A stretch of DNA of 61,657 nt, counting the filler, from Sphacelaria rigidula (taxonomy: Eukaryota), in NCBI GenBank assembly GCA_964200075.2. It is 9 parts of 9 records of this genome, joined end to end, with 100 filler letters (N's around TTAATTAATTAA, not from the genome) between each part and the next. Parts side by side here need not be neighbours in the genome. Positions count along the whole stretch, not along the records: positions 27,451 to 34,212 come from CAXNAA020018205.1; positions 34,313 to 41,074 come from CAXNAA020018206.1; positions 41,175 to 47,935 come from CAXNAA020018207.1; 6 more parts are not named here. One strand, 5' to 3'. The notes below the pieces were generated by a model. That model did not search any database and was not told the DNA's origin. It saw only the letters and a program-made list of their open reading frames with translations. How positions within the stretch are numbered: the stretch's first letter is position 1; the number at the start of each line of letters is the position of its first letter. The translations under genes and the position numbers were made by a program. Positions 33,996 to 45,265 of the stretch are shown here, piece by piece.

Positions 33996-34927
33996 CCTAA
34001 TTATATCTCGCCACCCGTTCGGCGAGAGGGGGGGGGGGTACTCGGGGGCAAGTCCATCGTATTGTCATGTCTGTAGGCTAGGTGTGGACAAGGTGTGGGA
34101 TGTTTGACACGAATTCTCGAAAAAAATCAAAAATTAAATACAAAAATTCCAAAAAAAAAGGCCAAAATGGGATATATTCTGACCTGATTTTAGCATTGAA
34201 AACGAGTCCCCCNNNNNNNNNNNNNNNNNNNNNNNNNNNNNNNNNNNNNNNNNNNNTTAATTAATTAANNNNNNNNNNNNNNNNNNNNNNNNNNNNNNNN
34301 NNNNNNNNNNNNCGCGTTTCTGGCCATTTTTCGTACCTTTCTTAGGCAAAAAACGAGAAGGTATACCTTTTCTAGGCCATTGCCCTAAAAAGAAAATACA
34401 GGCGAAAGTTATGTTTTTTTCTATTTTCATTTGTCCCACTTTGAACCCCTCCCCTTCCTCGGGATGAGTCCGTGGTCTCAAGATATCAATCAACCCATCT
34501 CTCCCCCGGTACACGTCTTGCACACATTTCGGTCTCGCGGATTGGATCATGACCAACACACCCGCACCTCGTCAACCCACGTCTAACAAACTCAGTCGAC
34601 TACTTCGTTTACTCACGTTCTCACGCTTTCCACGGTGGAAATCAGACATCACCACGGGTCGGACGAATTGATGATTCGTCTAGAAATTACTTGATTTTAG
34701 TACAATTGATTCGTACCGTACGAATCAATCCTTAGGCTTTGTTTTCAGCGTTGCAACCCCGGTACGCGCAGCCCAGGCAGGTGAAATGGCGCATAAATTG
34801 CGTGGGGACCTTGTTGACCAGCGGTCAATTTGTTTTTCCCCGTTTTGAGCATCAAGGCCTGAAAAATAGTGGATGTGGTGATTCGAACCGGCGATGATTC
34901 GTCCGAACCGTGGACGTTAGGAGGAAA

Positions 34928-35000
34928 AAACCTATCGCATCGGGAATCGAACCCTCGTTCTCTCCACCTCAATGGCGACAGTGGGATCATTACATCACCG
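34928..35000 (-). pseudogene. Degenerate tRNA-like head (probable SINE 5' end)
   Basis: Weak A box TGATGTAATGA, B box GGTTCGATTCC; upstream of the family-X tail at 34425-34590. Confidence 0.45.
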
Positions 35001-35279
35001 GGACGCGGCAGTGTAATAATTGCAGTCATATGCAGGGCTTGAAAATAAAAAACGGTTTTCATCGCGCACATTTGACATTACTCATCATGCGGTAGCAAAG
35101 ATCAAGCAACACACGCGAACAAAAAAAGCGGCAGATGAAATGGGTAGGGAAGAAGAAGCGAACAATATCAGGGTAGCATCATCATCGTCATTACTACTTG
35201 ACGCTGTGTGCTTTTGGGGACTTCCCCCCCTCTCTGAATATCTTCCCTGCGCCCTTTTCCTCAACAATAGCCACCTTAC

Positions 35280-35468
35280 CTTATCCTCCGCGGGAGAGGC
35301 ATGATGCGGAACTCGGATGACCACAGCTCGTATGTTCGTCTCTGCCCGACTGGCTTTCCCTTCTCCCAGGGTGTTGATCGTGTATCCGGTGGTCAGCGCC
35401 GCCGTCTGGAGTCGTCGCTGCTTCTGCAGAGCCATCTGCCTCCTGCTTGTCCTCTCCGCGATATTGTT
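35280..35468 (-). CDS. Exon of unknown host protein (63 codons)
   Basis: tacag|NNIAERTSRRQMALQKQRR...ASPAEDK|gtaagg, phase 0-0. A compatible 42-nt exon lies at 35691-35732. Confidence 0.6.
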
Positions 35469-36050
35469 CTGTATTTTTGGTAGTTATTGTAGTTGTAGTT
35501 GTTGCGGACAAAAATTGTGCAGTTGAAATTTACTCACGTTGGTACATTCTTTTGCAGCATTTATTTGAGGCGGGAAAATTCCTTTTGGGGGAGGGAACAA
35601 ATCATCAGACGTGCTGGAACATGAACAACTATGAACGGGAAGACACAAGCGGAAACGCTGCCGCCTGCTCTGCTGCAGGGTTTCATCTACCTTCCACGTC
35701 GTCTGTCCTCTCGGAGGTGCTGGTCGGTATTTCTGCTTGTTTGTTATTGTGGGAAAATAAGCGGTTAAATTTCACCAGCGTTATATTTTCATCCGGACAA
35801 GTAGTTTTCTTCTTTTCTTTTCTTTTGGGAGGGGGGCGTACTCATTTGTTGCTTGCCTTAGTCGTTCAACCATTGACCACAAATCCCTTTCGAGGTGGAG
35901 CATTTTTTTATTTGGGGGGTGGACAAACACCGGCAAACATGATAATGAGCTGGTCCTCCGGATACAGAGTGGTCGTTGGTGGGACAGGGGCAGATTGGAC
36001 GTGAAAAAAACATGACTGAAAACACACAACAGTCACACAGGATAAATATG

Positions 36051-36297
36051 TAAGGTTGTGCTCTGTAGGGTGCACTTTATATTTATACCCGGGTATAACC
36101 CGTAAACGAAAGTTCTGTGTGGTCTGTACGAATTCTTTACATGTACTCGAGGGACGGGTACACCCTTGTAAAGATACCCGGTTGCGGGTAAGGGTTTACG
36201 TACAACCTCCTCACTGTACCCGACAGGGTTCTGTGAGCTTTGTAACAAAATTCCATACCCTACCGAATACACCCTTACCCTACAGAACACAACGTTG
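36051..36297. mobile_element. Short hAT-like MITE (family of 18590-19122)
   Basis: TAAGGTTGTGCTCTGTAGGGT ... ACCCTACAGAACACAACGTTG. Confidence 0.7.
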
Positions 36298-37611
36298 CAG
36301 ATATCTAGGGGTAGGGAGGGATAAGGGTCTGTCTTACCGAGACAAACAAAAACATTCCGGAATGACATTTTGTTAGTTGTATGTTTCGACCACAACGACA
36401 AGCATGATGAGTCTCCCCGATAGCCCCCTATCCCTCCCCTCTGAGCCTGGTCCGGCGAAAACCGGGCGTGCTCCGTCCCGCCTTTGTAGGGATGCGAGGC
36501 CAACGGTATTATTATGACCATGGCACGCAGAGCCATGTGTGCACCCCTCCTGCCCCTGCTTCAGATCGGTGTTGCTTGCACTATCAATAGACGCGGGATC
36601 AAACACGCTCAAACATGGTCAAAACAAGAATGGGTGACTCAACACGTAACACCTACACAACAGAGCCCCAGAAACCAGCACGCGCAGACACACTCAGACA
36701 TATGTGTATATATATAGAGAGAGAGAGAAATCCCCAGCACACGTGCAGAAGATCTAGCACAGCTCCTTGCTTCTACACAGAGAAGTGTGCACATCTCGGG
36801 AAGCCGTGCAGCAGAAATGAAGGAGGGAAAGGGACGACCGTTTGTGGGGCCCAGAAACAAACAGTTGCCACAAAAAAAGGCCGTTGTTTCGAACGTTTGC
36901 GAGTGTTATATATATATATATTTATACATAACTACTTTTAGGGCGCGCCTGATGCTAACGATCGTCAATCATATCCTATGCAATTTCGAACACAGATTTC
37001 ATCGACCCATACCAAGCGCATCGCACTCTAGTATCCATCCTACTCAGTGGGTACGATGGCAACAGCTTCGACGGCGCAGGGGTTTCATTCGGCTGGCGGA
37101 GGGAGCCTATCACGATGACTATAGGGTAAGCTGTAGGTCCAAGTCACATCCACCTCCATCACGGCACGTTTCTCCTGCGGGGGCCACCTTCTTGCCGCCC
37201 CCGCCCCAACAGACAAAAGTGATGTTACAAACAGCTCATCGCGATTTCAAAAAGTCCAAACAAAAATTGCTAAAAAAGAAACCACGATGAGTTAGTTGCT
37301 TGCGAATGACCAAAATGCGCCTAATTGTGCACTTATGACTTGGATTTGAAGTCGCGATACGAAAAAAAACATATTGTTTTTTGTACCCTTTTCAGAGGTG
37401 GAGGCGGGTGGGAGGAGGGGGGAGTGTATTTCTCATGCTTCCGCGTGCCGTAGTCACAAGACCATCGAACGGGAGAGGGGGAGGGAGAGATCGCAAAGAT
37501 GGATAATTCATGGCGCCATCGCCATCGTGATTTACTCATTTACATCGTTGATATTCGGGTACGAATAACGAGGAAACACGACCATGACTCTTTGACTACG
37601 AGCGGTGGAGG

Positions 37612-37932
37612 TTAGTTGACCACGGGGGAGGGTGATACATTTCTCGAAAGTTTGTGATTTCAAACGAACTATATATAACATTAACACTTACCCTAATCCT
37701 AATCCCAACGACGACACACCGAGAACCCTCGGGCAAGGGGGTGCGGAGTATTCCCTAGGCAAAGTGTACGTTGCCAGACCTCAAATCGGCGCCCCAGGCG
37801 CCGATTTCGACAAAAGCGTCTACTGCGCGCGCTAGGAGCGCAGCCCCATCAAAGACCCGAATTTCGCCGTCCGCCGTCAACACTAAAATCAAGTTGAACT
37901 GAAAATCAACCACCCTCTTAAGTGGTCAAGTA
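37612..37932. mobile_element. Non-autonomous element with telomere-like tract and hairpin
   Basis: Homologous to 55211-55540; CCCTAATCCTAATCCCAA tract, AAATCGGCGCC/GGCGCCGATTT hairpin, flanking IR TTGACCAC/GTGGTCAA. Confidence 0.6.
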
Positions 37933-38075
37933 TACTGGAGTGGTGATCCATTTGAATCGGCATCATTTTCGCCGCCTTTTTTCGGGTGAAAGTGATGCCG
38001 ATCCACAAATGGACCACCGGTCACAGTCAAAGGGTTGAAACCAGACCAAACGATAGAGTAATAATATACACTTAC

Positions 38076-38237
38076 ATTCTCCTGCTGCGTCTCTGTCTCG
38101 AGGATCTTCAGCGTCGGTCGCGGGGTCGACAGCGCTCCGACTAGCAAGTCGGGGTCGTCCATGCAGATGGGCAGCTTGGGTCTCCGGATTTTCTGAGCGT
38201 CGTTCAACAATACCTCGTGTTCCCATCCGCCGCTATC

Positions 38238-38240
<3 letters not shown>
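38076..38240 (-). CDS. Exon of unknown host protein (55 codons)
   Basis: cacag|VDSGGWEHEVLLNDAQK...TQQEN|gtaagt, phase 0-0. Confidence 0.7.

Positions 38241-38241
<1 letters not shown>

Positions 38242-38308
<67 letters not shown>
38242..38308. repeat. (TG)n microsatellite abutting a splice acceptor
   Basis: Seen directly. Confidence 0.95.
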
Positions 38309-38310
<2 letters not shown>

Positions 38311-38408
38311 AATACACGCGAAATGACTGTGCGTTATGAATGTCTGTATCTTGCGGGCAATAACAGTGAAAGTTGGTGAGGTACACACGTAAATACGTAA
38401 GTTTATAA

Positions 38409-38440
<32 letters not shown>

Positions 38441-39215
38441 CACACACAGTAAACGCACTGGATTATGACGTATATACATACACATACATACATGCACGCA
38501 TGAATAATCTTGTAAGAAGGCGAATAAATGGCGCCAACACACACGCAACACGTTTTTCAACGTTTTTAGGCAGGAGAGCAAACGCGTTTTCTCCCCAAAC
38601 CAAGAATATCGGTGTTCGGTTTTGAAATCGAAACACGCACACAAGGAGGATGGCATCAGGAGCATCGGGACGGCGACAAGTGCTCCTTGAGAACCACTAC
38701 AACAGATAAAATGAAAAAGGCACGAAGCAGCCGACACGCCATGTCTGGTACCCGCTGGTACCACGTATTGTAGTATGTATAATACACGCTCGCACGAGGA
38801 TCGTCCCAATACATCAAATACGTGTATCGATTCGTGACGCACATGTTCAGAGCAACTCGAAGGGCAATCAATTATTTGACTGAGTCGGGCGTTGGTTTTG
38901 TGTGGCATGCTATATCGTTGATTGATTGATTGATTGATTGTGGCACTTTAAGTGAACCCCCAGGGGTCATGATCCAGCCGTGGTCTCATGATAGACGTAG
39001 CTGAGAAAAAACAAGGCTGAAACACTCGCTGAAAAAAAAAAAAAAGGAACAGAAAAAGTCGAACAGAACGACATAGTAGACTACGACGTGAAAAAAAAAA
39101 AGAATATTGTCAAGAAAAGCAAAGCACAGAAAGAAATGGGCGGTCTATAACAAGAAAAAAGGAAGAGGAAACATTATTACGTCAAATACATATACATACT
39201 TCCTCGGTCCCTTAA

Positions 39216-39795
39216 CCTTTAGACCGCGAGAGTAGCGCATCTAGATCATGCATACCTTTTTCAAGTGAACTCAGTGCCGATTCAACAGATGGCCTACTCT
39301 CGCCATCTAAGGCCGGATGATGTGGCAAACAGATTTTTGGCCCACGGGTTGTTCACATTTGGGACGTTTGATCCACTTTTTGATCCCCAAACAGGGAAAA
39401 CCGCCAACACACGTCTCGGACACTTTGCATGACCACACAGAAGAGCCTACCCTATTTTTCAGATTCGCTTGGCTCCGAGGTTTCGAGATTGGCCACTGAA
39501 CAATAGTTCGTGTGCAATAGTCTGTGCTTGCCAACAGACGGCAGTTTGCCCAATAATCTGTGGAGATCGCCGTAGATTTTATTGTACACGGATTATTGTT
39601 CTGCATCCACTCTCGAAACCTTGGAGCCAGCGGATCTGAAAAGTGGGATAGGCTCCTCTCTGTGGGGTCATGCAAAGTGTCCGAGACGTGTGTGAGCGAT
39701 GTTGCCTGTTCGGGGGTCAAAAAGTGGGTCAAACGTCCCACAAGTGAACAATCCGTGGGCCAAAAATCTGTGTGCCATAATATCCGGCCTAAGGG
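39216..39795. mobile_element. Composite piggyBac-type MITE (~97-bp MITE fused to a ~490-bp foldback MITE)
   Basis: TTAA at 39212-39215 and 39796-39799; long IR arms ~39308-39455 / 39645-39792. Confidence 0.85.
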
Positions 39796-39865
39796 TTAAT
39801 CTTTGTGTGACCGAACCTTCACCAGCCAGGGGTGACTTCCGAATCTGAATCAGCATTATTTTCAC

Positions 39866-40054
39866 ACCCTGGACAATATATGGTCAATACATGGTCAATA
39901 CATGCAACAGACAAGATAAATAGAGAAGTGTACTGGGTGAAGTATGTAATAGACCTTTTGCACTGTTGTCGACCGTCAATAAATGCGATAGGTCTACACT
40001 TTATCCAGTACACATTTTGTCGACTGCATCTATTGACCATATATTGTCCAGGGT
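39866..40054. mobile_element. Palindromic MITE
   Basis: ACCCTGGACAATATATGGTCAATA / TATTGACCATATATTGTCCAGGGT. Confidence 0.75.
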
Positions 40055-40300
40055 ATGTGTGCATTATTTTCACTTGAAAAAACGACTGAAAATGATGCCA
40101 ATTCACACATGGAGCACCGTTCGCAGCCAATGGGGAAACCCTCGGTTGGTGGGGGTCCGGTCCCGAAAGAGTCAAGTTCGTGTACAGTACATAAGTTCGT
40201 CCGGGCCTTCAAGCCTTACAGACGGCGAGGGTAGTCCATCTGGATCATGCATTCTTATTTCACGAGAATTTTTTCCCGATTCAACAGATCACTGACCGGT

Positions 40301-40663
40301 TGCCCCGGTGGCTCAGTTGGTGACCTCGTAACCTTCTGACGGTTGAGTAGTGGGGTTCGATTCTCGGAGCGATCTGGGATCTTTTCTCACACCATGCTCA
40401 ATAGTGGAGAGCGACTATGTCGTGGGTACGCAAAAAGTCGACTTCACGGTCGACGAGAGAAAGGGATTGCTGAACCCCTCTCACGATAAAAAAATAAAGG
40501 CAAGCACCGCAGAAGGAAGGTGGGGTATTATAATCAAATCAAAAGAAAAAGCTCTTGTGTAGACCCTCCTCCTGTGTGACCCCGGCTGATGGGCCCACAT
40601 ATACCGAAAGGTATAGACTGGCGCCCAGAATAAAGGGGACGACAACACACAACAACAACACAC
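40301..40663 (+). mobile_element. tRNA-derived SINE, near full length
   Basis: A box TGGCTCAGTTGG (40309-40320), B box GGTTCGATTC (40354-40363), body shared with 52033-52330, CA/CAA-rich tail. Confidence 0.82.
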
Positions 40664-41426
40664 CTACACTCGCCATCAACGGGTAAACCGTGTCCGATTC
40701 TATTTTCCGTACTTTTAAATGCATTTTTTGGCGTTTGCTGTGTCAAAGCCGACACTTTTTCGCAACAGATACCGCTTACCCCACGCAATCGAACGGCCAA
40801 AAAAAGAGTAGTCGGCCTGGAAATGGCAGTATTCGGGATTTTTTTTTTGAAAAATCGCAAAAAAATCGCGAAAAACTCTTCGCTTTAGCTTAGTTCTCGT
40901 GTAGAGGCTACCTGTGCCTCATCCGAAACCACTTTGTCGCGTTTTCGCTCATGTCCACCACAAAAATGGCAAAAAAAAAAAAAACGGTCGAATTTGGCAA
41001 AAACAAAAAAAAAAAGTTTTTAATTTTTTTTTTTTTTTCTTCTCCTTTTTCGTAGGGATGTGGGGGGAATTGTTNNNNNNNNNNNNNNNNNNNNNNNNNN
41101 NNNNNNNNNNNNNNNNNNTTAATTAATTAANNNNNNNNNNNNNNNNNNNNNNNNNNNNNNNNNNNNNNNNNNNNGGGTGGTGGTGTGGGGGGTTTGTTGT
41201 TTTGGTTTTCTGTTGGTTTTGTGTGTGTGGGGGGGGGGGGGGGGTGGGTGGGGGGGGTCCAGTGTCAATATATTCCTGTAAGTATAAACACACAATCACC
41301 ATTCTCTATGATACATTCTTCTCGTCGCCGAAGAGGTCAAAGCGTTGAAGCAAATTCGATGACGAAAACACGAAGAAAGGCGGAGATCGAAACGGGAACG
41401 GCACCGCCCGGAATCGTAGGTATCAC

Positions 41427-42021
41427 CTGCGTCTGTAGGCACGAGATTTCTTTCCATAGCAACCAAAGTTTCGTTTGCTGTCAAGTAGCGCGCCAGTACA
41501 TGCGATGCAAGTACGATAACAATCTCCTCGTTCGTGAAGCAGGTTTCTTCCAACAGATTCGCGCAGTAGACAGTTCTTGTTTCGTATCCCAGCGACTGCA
41601 GTCCACCGAGTACAATCTCGGCGATATCCTTGAAAACCAACGCCGTCGTAGCATCGTCACCCCCTTCAAGGAGCACCAAGACGTTGAAACGCTCCGAGCG
41701 AGTCGGAGAGGCCGTCACCAATTGCCGCCGAGTAATAGATGCCTCCGATGACGTATCGGAAGCATGTTCATACCTTTCACTACCTATGTACAGCGTCGAG
41801 TTGCGACTAGCTCGATTCACCCACTCTGTGATACCACCGTTCTCTGCGGCTGGTAAGCCAATCGTGGCGACTATTTCCGTGTTGAACATCAGAAGAAATT
41901 TGTGTTGACAATGGCAACCTGGCCCTTTCACCTCAGCACAGGCGTCGTCGGGTACCATAGCGACTAGCGGGGCGTTGAACGTCCCCGAAAAACTCCGCAC
42001 AACTCGGCTGAAGTGGAGGAA
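41427..42021 (-). CDS. Exon of a host gene; C-terminal part resembles the start of a GT-B glycosyltransferase-like domain
   Basis: agccag|FLHFSR...VFKDIAEIVLGGLQSLGY...IVIVLASHVL...VPTDA|gtgata. Family assignment is from remembered motif resemblance only. Confidence 0.6.
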
Positions 42022-42274
42022 CTGGCTCCCGGCAGAACCAACAAAAACGTTTGTTGATAATGGCCACACAGGGCGCTGCATCGTTTCATAAGAAGGGGGG
42101 GAGCGTAGGTAATTCATCAGTCCATCAAAGTACGCACGCAAGTGAACTGCAGTGTGGTGCTCGATATCAAAGTCAAATTCTCAGTGTTTTTCCGTTTCAT
42201 TCGACCGCATCCTCGCGACATCGAAGAATGCTTATGCTCGCACAGGATTCGAACCCATCGAACTTAGCTTTTGT

Positions 42275-42348
42275 TTAAGATACCGATTGACTGCTGAGCT
42301 AAACAGCCAGCGCTGGCTCTTTAGCTCAGCAGTCAATCGGTATCTTAA
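42275..42348. repeat. 74-bp near-perfect palindrome in an intron
   Basis: 36/37 pairs, centre 42311/42312, one C:C mismatch (42304/42319). Confidence 0.95.
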
Positions 42349-42738
42349 CACAGTACAGGCTCAGGACCATCTCGTTTCTCTGTACACCCCACTGTGTGAT
42401 CGAGTCTCAGCACGCGAAAGACAAAAAGCGTACGGGTTGGTCGACAACGGGTATAGCCAAAACCATTCAACAACCACCCCCCCCGCCCCACCCCCCCACC
42501 CCGACATTGCTCCATCTCGAAAGTGATGCGTAGTCAATGGTCAAACGACTCAGGCAAGCAACAAATGAGTACGCCCTCCCCCCACCCCGGCTATGTCATG
42601 CAAGATAATGAGTACACCCCCCCCTGACACACAATGATGCACTTTCCCCTCCCGTCGGCAGCTATACGTGAATGGGCGACGAGATCCGAAACGTAAATAA
42701 TCGCGGCACCTAGGGCGCGCAACTCCACCAGTACTCAC

Positions 42739-43095
42739 AACACATGTTTTTATACAGTATGCCACCAATTTACCGCCGGGGGGGAGGATGTCCCAAGCCC
42801 GTGCTAGGGCTTGCTCGGGAACTTCTGTCGTGTTAATGGTCTGCAGCCAAAAGTGGCCTTTGAACATGTCAAGCTGCAGGCGACGCCTGAGGTAGATGAG
42901 TTGGAGCTCCGTCGTCGAGAATCCGTTTGCCACCAGCACGATGAGGTCTGCGTCTGAAAATGTTCCAACTGCCGAGATAGACAAATCTTCCACGTCGGCG
43001 GATCCACTTGCAAGGCATATCACAACTTTCCAAGGTATGACCACCCCTTCTACCAGCGTTTTCCTTCGGATCACTTCTTGGAGTGCGCCCACCTC
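42739..43095 (-). CDS. Upstream exon of the same contig-7 gene
   Basis: cctcag|EVGALQEV...CIKTCV|gtgagt; phase-compatible with 41427-42021 and with a 68-nt exon at 43891-43958. Confidence 0.6.
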
Positions 43096-43268
43096 CTGAG
43101 GTAGGATATGTGTTGAAGTCAATAATCTGTGAATCCTGCACGCGCAGAGCAGGCCGCGCGAGCGCAGGAGCAACCCGCGCAAGACACAGCACACAACAGC
43201 ACAGTAATTATCGATACAAACTAGCCCGCCACGGATTTCCTATAAAAAATAATGTGCTTCCTTGCTTA

Positions 43269-43777
43269 GGCCGTTCCTTATGGCAGCCAAAAGTAAACAT
43301 CTGGAAAAGTGCTTTTTTGGAGCTTTTACGTCGTTTTACGCTCTAAAAAAGAGCTAGGCGGGCTGACACGTTGGAGTGCCTTGATGTACTCGTTGATGAG
43401 ACGGTTCCAACACGCTAGTGGGGTTTTCCGGTGGTAGCAGCATTTTATATGGCAAACCTTGCATTTTTCTCGGAGACCGGTCATTTTCTCAGATACTGTT
43501 CAAGTTCAGAAAAAAATCCGAGTTTTGCCTGGAGTTGACCAGTCTCCGAGAAAAATGATCGGTCTCCGAGCAAAATGCAAGGCTGGCCACATGAAAAACT
43601 GCGACCACCGGAAAAACGCATTGTTGGTGTGCTGGAACCGTCTCAACGAGTACAGTAAGGCACTTCAACGTGTCAAACCCACCTCACTCTCTTTTAGGGC
43701 GTAAACCGACGTAAAAGGGTCAAAAAGAGGGTACTTTATTTCCAGATGTTTCATTTTGTCTGCCATGAGGAGCGGCC
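43269..43777. mobile_element. 509-bp PIF/Harbinger (Tourist-like) foldback MITE
   Basis: TTA|GGCCGTTCCTTATGGCAG ... CTGCCATGAGGAGCGGCC|TTA; arms pair over most of the length. Confidence 0.88.
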
Positions 43778-45045
43778 TTACGATGTCGTGATCTCTTCAT
43801 TTTTTCCATTCACTTATGTCCGGTAGCTGGGCAAAAAAAATAGTTTGTGTACTATACTTTGAGTTAATTGCATTATTTAAGAGCACTTACTGTAGTAGTG
43901 CTACGCTCGTACAGTCCTTCCCTGAAGGTGAAGCGCCCAGGTCGGTCGCCTTCTCCAGCTAAAGCAATGATTATATTATTCAAAATCCCATCTCTGTGCT
44001 TGAGCCAGTGAGTGAGTTCTGTCGCTACTTTCAGTTGATTGAATAACTCTCATCACAAGGCGTTGTGTGAGAACAGTCACTCACACTTCATCGAGGTCGT
44101 CTCCTCTCTCGGCGACAAACTGGGCGTGGTCGATTCGATCGTTTGGCCTCCGCAGGGATATATCGAAGTTCAGAACGTTTGTCTCTGCAGCTTCATTAAT
44201 GAAGTGCACCGACACACAGAAAGACAACAACAACCTCGAAACTAGTCTCATAGGTAGTGCTGAACTGTCTGTATAGCACTCCGCCGCGACAAAATCCGGA
44301 CCAGTGGACGCACGAATCTAAACATACGTCATATCAAAACATACCATGTACGATATCTTCATATTTCGATCTTTGCAGTAGACAAGAACCAAAAAAGGGT
44401 TATGACACATATATCTTCTGTTGTTCGTAGTGTATCATAATTAACCAAAATGCGGCGGAATAGCCAATTCACGGGTTCAAGCAGGAGGTCAAACCCATTA
44501 CAGATCAACCCTCCCAGCTTGGAGAGAATCAAATATGAGAGAGCGCTGTTGAAGACTCACCGCTTTGGTCCAACTGGTTCGTTCGGTATAGTTCTACATT
44601 GATGGGCGAGGCACGTCTGCCCAAGTCTATCACCAAACGCTCTTAGTATAATGATTCTTTTGTGGAAGGTCATCGCGAGATATAGGCTGGACCTCCGAAG
44701 CTGCCACCCCTCACCCCCCCTCACCCCCACCCCCCTAACCCGTTGATACTCTACCACAAGTCCTGCCCTATAATAGCGCAGAAGTCCTTACGCAATATCA
44801 ACGACAGGGCCGTGCCCTACGGACTGGAATATAGACCAACAAGCGACAAACAGAAAATAATGATGAAATAATTATCGCGCACATGGGTGTTACATCCCGT
44901 CATCTTTATAGTAGAGCGTCTAGTATTGGCCGCAGGCCGCACCTCCGCTCCCGACCTAGGTCTGTGGATTCAGATAGCACAACTACTACTATGACTTCAT
45001 AGACAGAACATTACAGAGCAGTACGTGAAACGCTTTATACGCTCA

Positions 45046-45265
45046 TCAACGCTGCATCCTACTGTCGGTAATACCGAGCTCATGTAGGACACCCCCGGCT
45101 ACAGCGAGTAACAAGGCAAGCCCTTTTACGGCAGTGCAGCATGGAAACGCTTCATACCATACGTTCGTCAACGCTGCATCCTACTGTCGGTATTACCGAG
45201 CTCATGTGGGACACCTCCGCTACCGCGAGTAACAAGGCAAGCCCTTCTACGGCAGTGCTGCATGG
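45046..45265. repeat. ~120-bp tandem duplication
   Basis: TCAACGCTGCATCCTACTGTCGGT...GGCAGTGC.GCATGG occurs twice. Confidence 0.85.

Noticed and set aside
40301..40372. Functional tRNA gene
   Set aside because: Acceptor and anticodon stems do not pair; the sequence runs into a repeated SINE body.
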